A stretch of 64,000 nucleotides of DNA from a virus (Duplodnaviria; Caudoviricetes), in the IMG/VR virus record IMGVR_UViG_3300031627_001041, positions 781-64,780 of that record; one strand, given 5' to 3'. Both the position numbers and the translations under genes were made by a program. Shown piece after piece: positions 16,829 to 26,418 of the stretch. The stretch's first letter is position 1. Each line of letters begins with the position of its first letter. The notes beneath the pieces were generated by a model. It was not told the DNA's origin. It searched no databases and saw nothing but the letters and a program-made list of their open reading frames with translations.

Positions 16829-18195
16829 TGAAAGACCTGATTGCGGAAAAGGCTATACTCTCTGGGATTTGTAAGTTTGGTATTGGGGGCATTAATGAAG
16901 TTGGAGACATTGTTAACGAACAGACCTTTTCAAGTGTTGACCACAAGGCAATATTTGCTTGCTTGTCAAGGGTTCTAGAGAAACAATCAACAATTGATAT
17001 TGCTTCACTAATGGGTGCCGCAACAGATCTAAACCTTTACTCTGTGATAGACAAAAACCCAAAACTTTTGGAAGATCTATTTGCGTTCCCAGTAGACCTA
17101 GAGTCGATTCGTAACTTTGGCGAAAAACTAAAACGAGTACATCTGATCACTAACGCTCAAGAGCTTTTAAGAAAAAGTCACGAGACACTAGACCAGTTTA
17201 ATGGTGACGAGAGCATAGACCAAATCTATGCCGCTATGGAAACCCCCATTGTTGACTTTGCAATGGACAATGATGAAGAGGAGACGGAGTTATTATTTGG
17301 TGAAGTTGAAGCCTATGTCAAATGGCTAGAAGAAAATGAGTGTGATTTTGTAGGTGTTTCAACTAGTTTCCCGTTTATTGATGCAATGATGGGGGGCGGA
17401 ATTAGACGTAAGTCTATTAGTCTTTGGGGGTGCAGAACTGGCGGCGGCAAGAGTATCATGGCTGGTATGATTGCTAGACACAATGCTAAGAAAGGTATTC
17501 CGGTTCTCATAATTGACACAGAAATGTCTTCTGAAGACCTAATGGCTAGAGGAATTGCTGCTGAGAGCGAAACCCATATCTCGCAGATTGAGCACGGCAA
17601 GTTCCAAGATAATGCCACAAGAGTAGCTATTGCGGCTAAAGAGTTGAAGGAGCTGCCCATCTACTACAGAAGCGTCACTGGAAAAAGCTTTGAGGAACTA
17701 CTGTCTATCGCTCGACGCTGGATACTAAAGGTGGTTGGTACTACTGACGGAGCAACTAATGAGTGCTTAATCATCTATGATTACTTTAAACTAATGGACC
17801 AATCAGAACTGGGACAGCTACAGGAATACCAAGCGTTAGGTTTCCAAATTTCAAAGCTGCACGATTTCTGTTTTAAATATGATGTGCCGGTTCAGGCTTT
17901 TGTTCAGACCAATCGAGAAGACAACGTATCACAGTCAGACCGATTAAGTTGGTTAGCTTCAAGTGTATCAATTTTTACCGACAAAACCGAAGAAGAGATG
18001 AATGAAGACGGTGCTGAATATGGCAACATGAAGCTCCGCTCAATTAAGCAGCGTTTTGGCCCCGGTCTACCTCCGTGGGACTTCGTTACAATGAACAAAG
18101 TTGGACATCTAGCAACTATTAAGGAGCTAGGAACAAAGAACGATATCTTACTAAGCAAACAAAAGGACAGCGAGGATGACGAAGAACTCTTCTAA
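16825..18195 (+). CDS. dnaB: Replicative DNA helicase DnaB-like
   Basis: N-terminal AEKAILSG domain, Walker A RTGGGKS, IDTEMS, IIYDYFK and FVQTNR. Confidence 0.92.
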   Translation: MMKDLIAEKAILSGICKFGIGGINEVGDIVNEQTFSSVDHKAIFACLSRVLEKQSTIDIASLMGAATDLNLYSVIDKNPKLLEDLFAFPVDLESIRNFGEKLKRVHLITNAQELLRKSHETLDQFNGDESIDQIYAAMETPIVDFAMDNDEEETELLFGEVEAYVKWLEENECDFVGVSTSFPFIDAMMGGGIRRKSISLWGCRTGGGKSIMAGMIARHNAKKGIPVLIIDTEMSSEDLMARGIAAESETHISQIEHGKFQDNATRVAIAAKELKELPIYYRSVTGKSFEELLSIARRWILKVVGTTDGATNECLIIYDYFKLMDQSELGQLQEYQALGFQISKLHDFCFKYDVPVQAFVQTNREDNVSQSDRLSWLASSVSIFTDKTEEEMNEDGAEYGNMKLRSIKQRFGPGLPPWDFVTMNKVGHLATIKELGTKNDILLSKQKDSEDDEELF

Positions 18196-19114
18196 TTTAG
18201 TAACGGTTCTGCCTAAAATCATTAAACAACTAGGTATTAGACATAGATACTGTGGTAATTATTATCAGTGTACCTGTCCACTACACCAATCAACCAAATA
18301 TAACTCAATGTCAATTTGGGAAGACGGCGGGTGGAAATGCTGGACCGCTAACTGCAATGAGTTGTGGGGCAACAAATTAGACGGATTAGTACGAGGATTA
18401 GGAGCGGACCCAGATAAACTACTTGCTGGCGTGCAGTACAACGTCGAATATAAACCAGAAGAAATTGATTTAAACTTACCAGTAATTAACATTACACGAG
18501 AAGATATACGTAAAAGGCTTCAGATACCGTCGCCGTATTACTTAAAACGTGGCTGGAGCGAAGAGCTACTGAATAGGTTTGATGTTGGTGATTGTTTTAC
18601 CGCCCAAATGAAGAATAGAGCGGTGTTCCCTATCTATAACAAAGATTGGGGACTTTTGGGTTGTGCGGGGAGAACACTTATTGAAAAGAGCTATATCCAG
18701 AAATGGAAATATTCTAAGGGGTTCAAGTCTGGTCGCTCATTTTTTGCTATAAATCACGCATACGATCATATAGTAAGAAAAAAGACCGCGATTATTGTTG
18801 AGGGGCAAAGTGACACAATGGCTCTACATGGTTTTGGTATTACCAATACTGTGGGGGCTTTTGGGGCAAAATTAAGCTTTGGTCAGTCTAAAATGCTAAA
18901 AGAAATGGGCGTTGAGAACATAGTGCTCGCATTCGACCCAGACCCACAAAAAGAACGTAACGGTAAAATCATTGAGGGTACAGGCCCAATGAGGATGCGA
19001 CAGATTATACAGAAATACGAGAAAGACTTTAATATCACCTCCATTACGTTAGAGGGTGACCCCGATGAAATGTTACAGGCTGACGCAGAAAGGATTTTTG
19101 GAAACTATGTCTGA
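18176..19114 (+). CDS. dnaG: DNA primase (DnaG-like: Zn finger plus TOPRIM)
   Basis: CPLH...CWTANC Zn finger, RAVFPI...GRT, IIVEGQSD and LAFDPD. Confidence 0.88.
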   Translation: MTKNSSNLVTVLPKIIKQLGIRHRYCGNYYQCTCPLHQSTKYNSMSIWEDGGWKCWTANCNELWGNKLDGLVRGLGADPDKLLAGVQYNVEYKPEEIDLNLPVINITREDIRKRLQIPSPYYLKRGWSEELLNRFDVGDCFTAQMKNRAVFPIYNKDWGLLGCAGRTLIEKSYIQKWKYSKGFKSGRSFFAINHAYDHIVRKKTAIIVEGQSDTMALHGFGITNTVGAFGAKLSFGQSKMLKEMGVENIVLAFDPDPQKERNGKIIEGTGPMRMRQIIQKYEKDFNITSITLEGDPDEMLQADAERIFGNYV

Positions 19115-19379
19115 AATCAATTTTAATGAGTTTGCTAAACGAGCCATCCTAGCACTTAAGGAGCTTGAACACGATCTAGATGACTATAGTCTCTCTATGG
19201 AGGAATGGTCTCATTATTTAAAAGAAGAACTCGATGGAGAAGCAGAAGAGGAAAAAGATGAGGAGTCTTCCCTTTTACGAGATGCTAAATACCCTTCGTT
19301 CGAAAACACGATTCATCTAGACCCTTCAACGTTCTCAACTTACGAGACTTTGGAAAAACTTTGGGAAAGTAAAGAATGA
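19107..19379 (+). CDS. Acidic hypothetical protein
   Basis: Coupled ORF with likely start ATG 19107. Confidence 0.6.
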   Translation: MSEINFNEFAKRAILALKELEHDLDDYSLSMEEWSHYLKEELDGEAEEEKDEESSLLRDAKYPSFENTIHLDPSTFSTYETLEKLWESKE

Positions 19380-20140
19380 ACATAATTGGAATTGCTGGCT
19401 CGGCACGGGCTGGAAAAACAACTTCAGCAAACTATATCGTTGGTAGCAAGATGTTATCGATGGGGATGATTGATGGTTTTCACATTGATGAAGAGGGAAA
19501 ACTCTTCTGTCAGGGTGACGAAATTCAAGAAGATCAGACCATTACAAAAGTAACAAAAGAGTTTAGCTGTAAGAACAATGTGCGAGACCCAGAGTTTGAA
19601 ATTTGGGCACGGCAAGACTTATGGCCGCATGTTAAGATCTACTCTTTAGCTGACCCCTTGAAGTTTTGGCTGATGGACACCTTTGGTCTAACCTATGACC
19701 AATGCTTTGGAGCAGACAAGTACAGCAAGACCAGTATTAACTGGTCAAGAGTAGCGTTTCTGCCCCAACCACCTGAGCAGAACAAAACAAAACAAAAGAA
19801 GGGGCTTATGACAGCAAGAGAAGTCATGGAGGTCTTTGGTTCGTGGTTCATTCGTCAGATTAAGGAAACCGCCTTTATTGATGCTCTTATGACCAAGATT
19901 TCGCGTGAACGACCAGAGATCGCTATTATTGATGATGTTCGTGCAGACTTTGAGGCTAGACCCATCCAAGAAGCTGGTGGTAAGATCATTAGACTGACTC
20001 GTGGCTTAAGCAAGAATATCTCAGAGCAAACTATTGACAGCATTGATCCAGACGAAATCTTAAACAATGAAGAGCTACCTATGAAGGAAGCTAACCTGAG
20101 AATGACTGAAATCCTGAAAGGATGGGAGTATGCAGTGTAG
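19376..20140 (+). CDS. Deoxynucleoside monophosphate kinase (T4 gp1-like)
   Basis: IIGIAGSARAGKTT P-loop, SLADPLK, TAREVME and IIDDVR..FE. Confidence 0.85.
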   Translation: MNIIGIAGSARAGKTTSANYIVGSKMLSMGMIDGFHIDEEGKLFCQGDEIQEDQTITKVTKEFSCKNNVRDPEFEIWARQDLWPHVKIYSLADPLKFWLMDTFGLTYDQCFGADKYSKTSINWSRVAFLPQPPEQNKTKQKKGLMTAREVMEVFGSWFIRQIKETAFIDALMTKISRERPEIAIIDDVRADFEARPIQEAGGKIIRLTRGLSKNISEQTIDSIDPDEILNNEELPMKEANLRMTEILKGWEYAV

Positions 20141-21272
20141 ACCCACAATATCTAAAAGCTCTATGGAGAACCACGACACCTGTCAACTAAGATACTTCTA
20201 TGAATACATACTTAAATATAGAGGAGAGGGAGGAGTTAAAACGGTTATTGGTAGTGCAGTCCACTGCGTTGCTGAAGCCCTCACCCGCATCAAAAAGAAT
20301 ATTCAGGAGGGTGGTGCCAACTTTATTGTGATGGACGATATTGGCAGAGTCCAATATGATCCTGACACATGGCTAGAGCCACGGACCTTAGAAGATATTG
20401 AGGTGGACACGATCAATAAGAACCGAAAGAATAAAAGCACCTTCAAAGACCAAGTTGCTTTAGAATATGGTACGGTTCGTTACGGCGAAGAGCTAGTTGA
20501 TATTCTGATTGAGCGTGCTTATGAGCATTATGAGTTACAGCGACTAATTGATGAGGCAAAAGAAAAGGGGAAGAAGGACCCATTTCAACGAAACTATCGC
20601 GAGTTCTGCTGGATGCTACTAGAGCAGTATGATCCACGCTTTGAAAATGTCGTAGATGTTGAATTTAAGTTTGATCTCCCCTTGCCTTATCCTTGGGCTG
20701 TTGGTGACGACGGTGAATTCATTCGAATGTTGGGGTTCATTGATTTGATAACTGAGCCTGAACCAGGTGTTTTAGTTGTAACAGACTATAAAACCGGCGA
20801 ACGAACCAAGTTCCCAGGGTTCCAGCAGAAGACTTACTCTGATATTAAGAAGGACCTGCAGCTAAGCATGTATTGCTATGTGCTACAAACTCTCTTCCCA
20901 GATAAAATCATCATTGCAAACCTATTCTTTATTCGTGATGGTGGTGTGTTCTCTGTAACCTTTGACCCTAATGACAACGCTATTGCTGTTAATGAGATCC
21001 TTGAGGCACACCTTAAAAAGGTTCGGGAGTGCAAAGAGCCAGATATGCTTTCTCCAGTTATGCGGACAGCGTCTCAAAGCACCATTGACGGTTTTCAGTT
21101 TAAAGATACAAGAAGTGGAACAGTTAACTCTGTTTGTATGTATCTTTGTCCCGCCTTTAAAAGTAAGCAGTTTAGCACAGACTGTGACTGTAAGTTCTTA
21201 AGCTCTAAAATTGCAGAACTAGGAATGGAAGAGGTCGAGAGGCTCTACTCCAAGAAAAACTTCAAGGTATAA
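20130..21272 (+). CDS. Cas4/RecB-like PD-(D/E)XK exonuclease
   Basis: ISKSS...CQLRY, GSAVH, VEFKF, GFIDLI, TDYKTG, QLSMY and a C-terminal Cys cluster. Confidence 0.85.
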   Translation: MQCRPTISKSSMENHDTCQLRYFYEYILKYRGEGGVKTVIGSAVHCVAEALTRIKKNIQEGGANFIVMDDIGRVQYDPDTWLEPRTLEDIEVDTINKNRKNKSTFKDQVALEYGTVRYGEELVDILIERAYEHYELQRLIDEAKEKGKKDPFQRNYREFCWMLLEQYDPRFENVVDVEFKFDLPLPYPWAVGDDGEFIRMLGFIDLITEPEPGVLVVTDYKTGERTKFPGFQQKTYSDIKKDLQLSMYCYVLQTLFPDKIIIANLFFIRDGGVFSVTFDPNDNAIAVNEILEAHLKKVRECKEPDMLSPVMRTASQSTIDGFQFKDTRSGTVNSVCMYLCPAFKSKQFSTDCDCKFLSSKIAELGMEEVERLYSKKNFKV

Positions 21273-21281
21273 GGAACGAAT

Positions 21282-22943
21282 ATGATTTCATTCATTAGCA
21301 CAGACTTTTCTCTCTCTTCATACTTCAAACCGGAGAATATGGAAAACCAGTGCATTCTGTGTGATGATAACTTGAGTGGGGCAGTAGACTACTTTCAGCA
21401 ATGCAAAAAGAAAAGTTTCAAGCCGATCATTAGTTATCGGGGAGACGAAATATACATTGCAAAGAATAAAGCAGACTATACAGAGATGCTTGACGCTTTC
21501 TCTTCTGAGCGTATTCCGAAGGTCACAACAATTGCTGGCGTACCATTTGGAACGCTCGCTAATTTAGTTACCGACAGTTACTACCCCTATACCCCTTCAG
21601 AAGACGCATGGGAACTCGGCAAAAGCTACCTCCGTCAACTAGAAGGGGATGTGATTGTTGGAATTACCCCCTATGATTCTGGTGCTGATGAGGGTCTCAG
21701 AGACCTTCTTAGAGACCTTGCGGAACACCTAGGTCTTCCCACCTGTGTGGTGGATGATGTCCATTACGCGTCAAACCTGGCTACCTCAGACGGTATTGAG
21801 TATGAGCCGCACAAAGATCATCAGATTTTGGTCTGTCACAGGACAAAAAAGACCATTGATGATCACGATCTAATGGATGATCGGTTCAAACGCTTCTTTA
21901 AGAGCAGCGAATACTACCCTCAAGACTGGTCAAAGCTGCCAGAATACAAGGGGACCGAAGAATTAGTTGCTTCTTGTGAAGAATACAGTATTCTAGACGA
22001 GCCACAACTCCCCTTCTTTAAGGACGCAACCAAAACCCTAACTAACCTGGCCCGAGAAGGCTGGAAGGAAAAAGGGCTATCTAAGATAGAAAACTGGAAA
22101 GTTTATCGTGATCGCATCAAAGAAGAGATTCGCGTTATTGATAAGTCTGGTTTTTCGGCCTACTTCTTAGTTCTAGAAGATGTATGTAGATGGATTGATG
22201 AACAAGGCTGGATGAGAGGTCATGGGCGAGGATCAGCGGGAGGCTGTTTAATCTCCTTCCTAATCGGAATTACTAAAGTTGACCCTATTGAGTACGACCT
22301 ACTGTTCGAGAGGTTCTTTTCAGAGGATCGTGCAGAGGCTAGACAGCTACCAGATATTGATATTGACGTGCCTAAGTTTAAGAGGCAGCAAATCTTTGCA
22401 TACCTCCAAGATACCTACGGACATGGTTCGGTAGCTCAAATGGTAACCTTTGCTGCTTTACAGGGACGCTCAGCTCTTACTTCTGCCTTAAAGTTTAATG
22501 ACTCATGTACCTTTTCTGAAATTAAAGCCATTACTGAATTTCTTCCTCAGAAGGATAAAGTCAGTGACCAAATGGATGCTGTTGGTGAGCATAGTCTAAT
22601 TCGTTGGACACTAGAATACCTGCCAGATATATTAGCTGACTTTGCCAGACTTGAAGACGGTAAGATTGTTGGTGACTATGCGAAAGAATTTGAGCAGGCT
22701 ATTAGACTCGAAAAGATTAAAATAGACAGGAGCAAACACGCCTCTGCCATTATCGTCTATAACGGCAATATCAGAGATGTTTGTCCTATGATTAAAGACA
22801 AATCTAGCGATGAGCTTATTACTCACTTCTCTATGGAACATGGTGAAGCTGCCGGGTTAGTCAAACTTGACCTGTTGGGCTTGGCTACTATGGACAAACT
22901 AATGCTAATCAACACGCTCTTAGAGGAGAAAGAAAATGAATAA
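21282..22943 (+). CDS. dnaE: DNA polymerase III alpha (DnaE), N-terminal half (PHP plus palm)
   Basis: PHP-like N-terminus, GRGSAGG, DPIEYDLLFERF, catalytic PDIDID, HAS and KLDLLGL. Confidence 0.92.
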   Translation: MISFISTDFSLSSYFKPENMENQCILCDDNLSGAVDYFQQCKKKSFKPIISYRGDEIYIAKNKADYTEMLDAFSSERIPKVTTIAGVPFGTLANLVTDSYYPYTPSEDAWELGKSYLRQLEGDVIVGITPYDSGADEGLRDLLRDLAEHLGLPTCVVDDVHYASNLATSDGIEYEPHKDHQILVCHRTKKTIDDHDLMDDRFKRFFKSSEYYPQDWSKLPEYKGTEELVASCEEYSILDEPQLPFFKDATKTLTNLAREGWKEKGLSKIENWKVYRDRIKEEIRVIDKSGFSAYFLVLEDVCRWIDEQGWMRGHGRGSAGGCLISFLIGITKVDPIEYDLLFERFFSEDRAEARQLPDIDIDVPKFKRQQIFAYLQDTYGHGSVAQMVTFAALQGRSALTSALKFNDSCTFSEIKAITEFLPQKDKVSDQMDAVGEHSLIRWTLEYLPDILADFARLEDGKIVGDYAKEFEQAIRLEKIKIDRSKHASAIIVYNGNIRDVCPMIKDKSSDELITHFSMEHGEAAGLVKLDLLGLATMDKLMLINTLLEEKENE

Positions 22944-23385
22944 AACAATAGTTATCGCTTCAGGGTACTTTAATCCGGGACATACGGGTCACTTAGACTA
23001 TCTTGAAGAGGCTAAAAAACTAGGAGATTTATTATTTGTTATTGTTAATAACGATGAACAGGTTAAGCTTAAGGGGTCGCAAGCGTTCTTTTGTGAAAGT
23101 GAACGCGGCAGACTAGTGCAGTCTTTAGAGTGTGTTGACCAAGCAATTATCTCAGTAGATTTTGACAAATCGGTCAAGAAAACTATTGGGGTGATTTGGT
23201 CTGTGTTCCAACTAAGCGGAGCAAACATTGTCTTTGCTAACGGCGGAGATCAGAAGTCGGGCGTTCCAGAAGAAGAATTTTGTATGCGGAACGGCATTAA
23301 AATGATTTATGGTGTGGGTGGAGAAAAAACACAGTCTTCCAGTACTTTATTAAATGGCATAAAGGGAAAAAATGGTAGAGCTTGA
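22936..23385 (+). CDS. Cytidylyltransferase-like nucleotidyltransferase (RfaE/TagD-type)
   Basis: SGYFNPGHTGH (HxGH), VIVNND, ANGGDQ and GVGGEKTQSSS. Confidence 0.9.
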   Translation: MNKTIVIASGYFNPGHTGHLDYLEEAKKLGDLLFVIVNNDEQVKLKGSQAFFCESERGRLVQSLECVDQAIISVDFDKSVKKTIGVIWSVFQLSGANIVFANGGDQKSGVPEEEFCMRNGIKMIYGVGGEKTQSSSTLLNGIKGKNGRA

Positions 23386-23776
23386 AAGCAACGGCCCAAT
23401 ACTATTTGTAAAGCCTTTCCCTAAACCAGAAGCACTAGAGATTAGTTCTTGTTTAGATGCACAAGAACAATACGTTTTAAAAAAGATTTATCCAGACTAT
23501 TCGGTAACCTGCGTAAACAAAGAGGGAAAACCAAACAAAAAACAACTTAAGCAGTTTTCTGTAGATGTGCGTAAATATGACCACATTGTGATTATGGGAG
23601 TACAGTGCTCTAAACTGTTAAACCTAAAATACTTTGAATGGGGATCTCAAACCATACACACTAATCATTATGACAAAACCTTTTGGTTTTCTCCCGCGTT
23701 GGGGACAATGATGACATCAAGCAAAAAACTAAAAAAGTTTCGTACTTTTGTGGAGAGTATTGTTGATAACCTTTAA
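23372..23776 (+). CDS. Degenerate uracil-DNA-glycosylase (family 4)-fold protein
   Basis: The order of PILFVKPFP, SVTCVNKEGKP, DHIVIMG..CSKLL and FWFSPALG parallels the UDG family 4 motifs, but the catalytic residues are not conserved. Confidence 0.45.
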   Translation: MVELESNGPILFVKPFPKPEALEISSCLDAQEQYVLKKIYPDYSVTCVNKEGKPNKKQLKQFSVDVRKYDHIVIMGVQCSKLLNLKYFEWGSQTIHTNHYDKTFWFSPALGTMMTSSKKLKKFRTFVESIVDNL

Positions 23777-23966
23777 GCTCTATCTGTGTGCGTACGACGG
23801 TCAAATCAACACAAGAATGCTAGAGGTCCTAGCCCTAGACGAAGAATTAGCACTAAGCGTGGCCCGTTTAGCCATTAATACGTTGTGGCCCGACTCAACA
23901 AGTTCTAGTATATTAATTGACCAAAGCAAAATTTGCCTTGATATGTTAGAACCGAGTATGAATTAA
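23748..23966 (+). CDS. Hypothetical protein
   Basis: 72-aa ORF filling the gap between two genes. Start uncertain. Confidence 0.45.
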   Translation: MWRVLLITFKLYLCAYDGQINTRMLEVLALDEELALSVARLAINTLWPDSTSSSILIDQSKICLDMLEPSMN

Positions 23967-23993
23967 TGAGAAAAACCAAATATAAGGAACAAA

Positions 23994-24680
23994 ATGAAGC
24001 AGAACAACATTGCATTTATTGACTTTGAGACCACCGGACTATCAAAGAAGTGTCAGCTTACTCAAGTAGCTATTGTGGTCATGGACGGAAAAACACTAGA
24101 GTTTAGCAAGAACGATGTATTCAGCTCTAAAATTTGGATTGAGCAAGACGAAGATAGGTGTGCGGAGCTAGACATTGAACCGATTACCCAAAAGGTACTA
24201 GATCTTACCCACAACACACGAGAGGAGCTTTTAAAAGCACCAAAAGAAGATGTCGTTTGGGACAAGATGCTTCAGTTCCTAAAACGCTATTCTAACGCCG
24301 GACAGTGGGGTAGGCCAATTATGGCGGGCTACAACATTACAAACTATGACCGCCCACTCTTTGATATAAGAGCAGAGAAGTATGGTCAGTGGGACGACAA
24401 GCACAGATGCAATAAAGTGTTCCATCCAAGAGAGATTATCGACCTGCAGAAATTTATGTATCTGATTGTAGAGTCATTCCCAACGGTAAACTCAATGAGT
24501 ATGGACAACATGAGACAATTATTTGGGTTTCCAGACACTGGAATGTCTCATGATGCTCGCGTTGACGTTATTGAGGGTGCTTTATTACTTCAAAGACTAA
24601 TGCGTTGGTTACGGAAACTTAGCTCCAAGAAGAAGTTTGAGGGGGTAATGGCCTCCGCTAATGTGAAGGATTTTATGTGA
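23994..24680 (+). CDS. DEDDh 3'-5' exonuclease (DnaQ/epsilon-like)
   Basis: ExoI IDFETTGL, ExoII GYNITNYD and ExoIII HDARVD. Confidence 0.9.
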   Translation: MKQNNIAFIDFETTGLSKKCQLTQVAIVVMDGKTLEFSKNDVFSSKIWIEQDEDRCAELDIEPITQKVLDLTHNTREELLKAPKEDVVWDKMLQFLKRYSNAGQWGRPIMAGYNITNYDRPLFDIRAEKYGQWDDKHRCNKVFHPREIIDLQKFMYLIVESFPTVNSMSMDNMRQLFGFPDTGMSHDARVDVIEGALLLQRLMRWLRKLSSKKKFEGVMASANVKDFM

Positions 24681-26188
24681 TTGATTTTTATGACCTACCA
24701 AAAAATGACTATAAAACCTGGGAACTGTTGGCAACTGGCAAAACTGCCGGCATCTTCCAGCTAGACAATGAAAACCTTGGTGGTAGGTTCTCTCGAAAGA
24801 TTCAACCTAAGAGTATTGACGATATTGCTGCTGTAACCACCATTATTAGGCCGGGTACACTAAACGCAGAAATGGAAGACGGTGAATCAGCCGCCATTCA
24901 TTATGAAAGACGACATAGGGGCGTTGAGAAACCAGAAAGCTTTCATGAGCTACTTGATGTTATCCTGAAAGACACACAGCAGATTATTCTGTATCAGGAA
25001 CAAACGATTAAGATTGCCAAAGAGCTGGCGGGTTTTACTGGTGCTCAAGCCATGAAACTTATGAAGGGGATCGGTAAGAAGAAAGCCGACCTAATCATGG
25101 CACTAGAGAAAGACTTTGTCTCTGGCTGTGTAAAGAACGACATTGTTCAAGAAGAGGCACAGAAGATTTTTGACGTTATCAAGAAGTCGGCACGTTACTC
25201 ATTCAACAAGTCACACGCCGTAGCATACTCTGAGATTAGTTACTGTGACGCCTACGCAAAAGCAAACCACATGATAACCTTCTATGTGGCCTCGCTAAGA
25301 ATGGCACAACACAAAACCAAGTCTAAGATTGTAGTAAAGAAGCTGGTAAAAGAGGCGGCAGCCTTTGGTATTGTTTGTAAACCACCCCGACTTGATAATT
25401 GCTATGTTGATTTTACTGAGAGCCGTGGCGAGATTTACTTTGGCGTTTCTAATATTAAAGGGATAGGAGAAAAAAAGGCTCAGCAAATTGTGGACATAGC
25501 TCCAGGACCAGATACTTGGTATAAGTGTTTGTTTTGTCTACTAGGAGTGGGTAAGGCGGTTGCTGAGAACTCTATTCGGGCAGGAGTCTTTGCTAAGTAC
25601 AAAGTCCCAATTCGGAGACAGATTGATGACCTTAACAATCTATCGTTATTGTCGGTTGGCGAGAAGAAGTACGCAATAGAAACATATAATAATTTTGACA
25701 ATTTTGCCGACTTGCTTCGACATGTTAAGGTCACTAAGGCCACAAATAAACGAAAAGATAAACTGGACTCCATTATTAAACTAATGGATCACCCACCAGA
25801 AGAACTACAAGATAACCTACGGGATACCACCCAAAATGAAGTTGAATTGTTTGGCTGTACTATTAGTTATGATAATATTGATACGGTTCACGCAGCTGGA
25901 AATTGCAGTGTTAACGACTACAACGAGGGGAAAGATTTAAAGTTTTATCAGATAGTGGTTGAGGTGGAACGTGCTAAGACACACGAGATAACCAAAGGTA
26001 CTAGTAAAGGTAAGCTTATGTGTTTCCTGTCTGTATTTGACCATAGCGGTAAAATGGACGTTACTCTCTTTGATATAGCATACGACGAATTCGGTGGATT
26101 ACTATATGAGGGCAGCACAATTATGATTAAGGGCAAACGGGGCCGACGAAAGGGGCTTATTGTAGATGAGGTTCTACAGATAACATGA
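24677..26188 (+). CDS. dnaE: DNA polymerase III alpha (DnaE), C-terminal half (fingers, HhH, OB)
   Basis: TAGIFQL, IIRPG, ILYQEQ, FNKSHAVAY, HhH NIKGIGEK and OB fold MCFLSVFDHSG. Confidence 0.92.
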   Translation: MIDFYDLPKNDYKTWELLATGKTAGIFQLDNENLGGRFSRKIQPKSIDDIAAVTTIIRPGTLNAEMEDGESAAIHYERRHRGVEKPESFHELLDVILKDTQQIILYQEQTIKIAKELAGFTGAQAMKLMKGIGKKKADLIMALEKDFVSGCVKNDIVQEEAQKIFDVIKKSARYSFNKSHAVAYSEISYCDAYAKANHMITFYVASLRMAQHKTKSKIVVKKLVKEAAAFGIVCKPPRLDNCYVDFTESRGEIYFGVSNIKGIGEKKAQQIVDIAPGPDTWYKCLFCLLGVGKAVAENSIRAGVFAKYKVPIRRQIDDLNNLSLLSVGEKKYAIETYNNFDNFADLLRHVKVTKATNKRKDKLDSIIKLMDHPPEELQDNLRDTTQNEVELFGCTISYDNIDTVHAAGNCSVNDYNEGKDLKFYQIVVEVERAKTHEITKGTSKGKLMCFLSVFDHSGKMDVTLFDIAYDEFGGLLYEGSTIMIKGKRGRRKGLIVDEVLQIT

Positions 26189-26418
26189 TAAAACTATTAG
26201 CAACAGAAACAAACTATATTAAAGGATACGGTAGAATATCTGACTTACTTGGGAAGACCACATACGGTTTGTCTTTTGAAGAGTTTAATAGGTATGACAA
26301 AGTATGGGAGGAGTGGGAAGAAGATCTCTCACTACCGCATTATATATTACCCCCTAATTTTTTGACCCGTTCTATACCCAAAGGAACCATGAGAGTTTAC
26401 GGTGAAAACAATGCGTAA
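26185..26418 (+). CDS. Hypothetical protein
   Basis: Coupled ORF. Confidence 0.55.
   Translation: MIKLLATETNYIKGYGRISDLLGKTTYGLSFEEFNRYDKVWEEWEEDLSLPHYILPPNFLTRSIPKGTMRVYGENNA

Noticed and set aside
20130-21272. CRISPR-Cas locus implied by the Cas4-like gene
   Set aside because: No repeat-spacer array or other cas gene is seen anywhere in the window.
22850-24760. Split intein at the DnaE break
   Set aside because: There is no intein N-terminal block after the extein and no C-terminal His-Asn followed by C/S/T. Both halves consist only of DnaE-alignable sequence.
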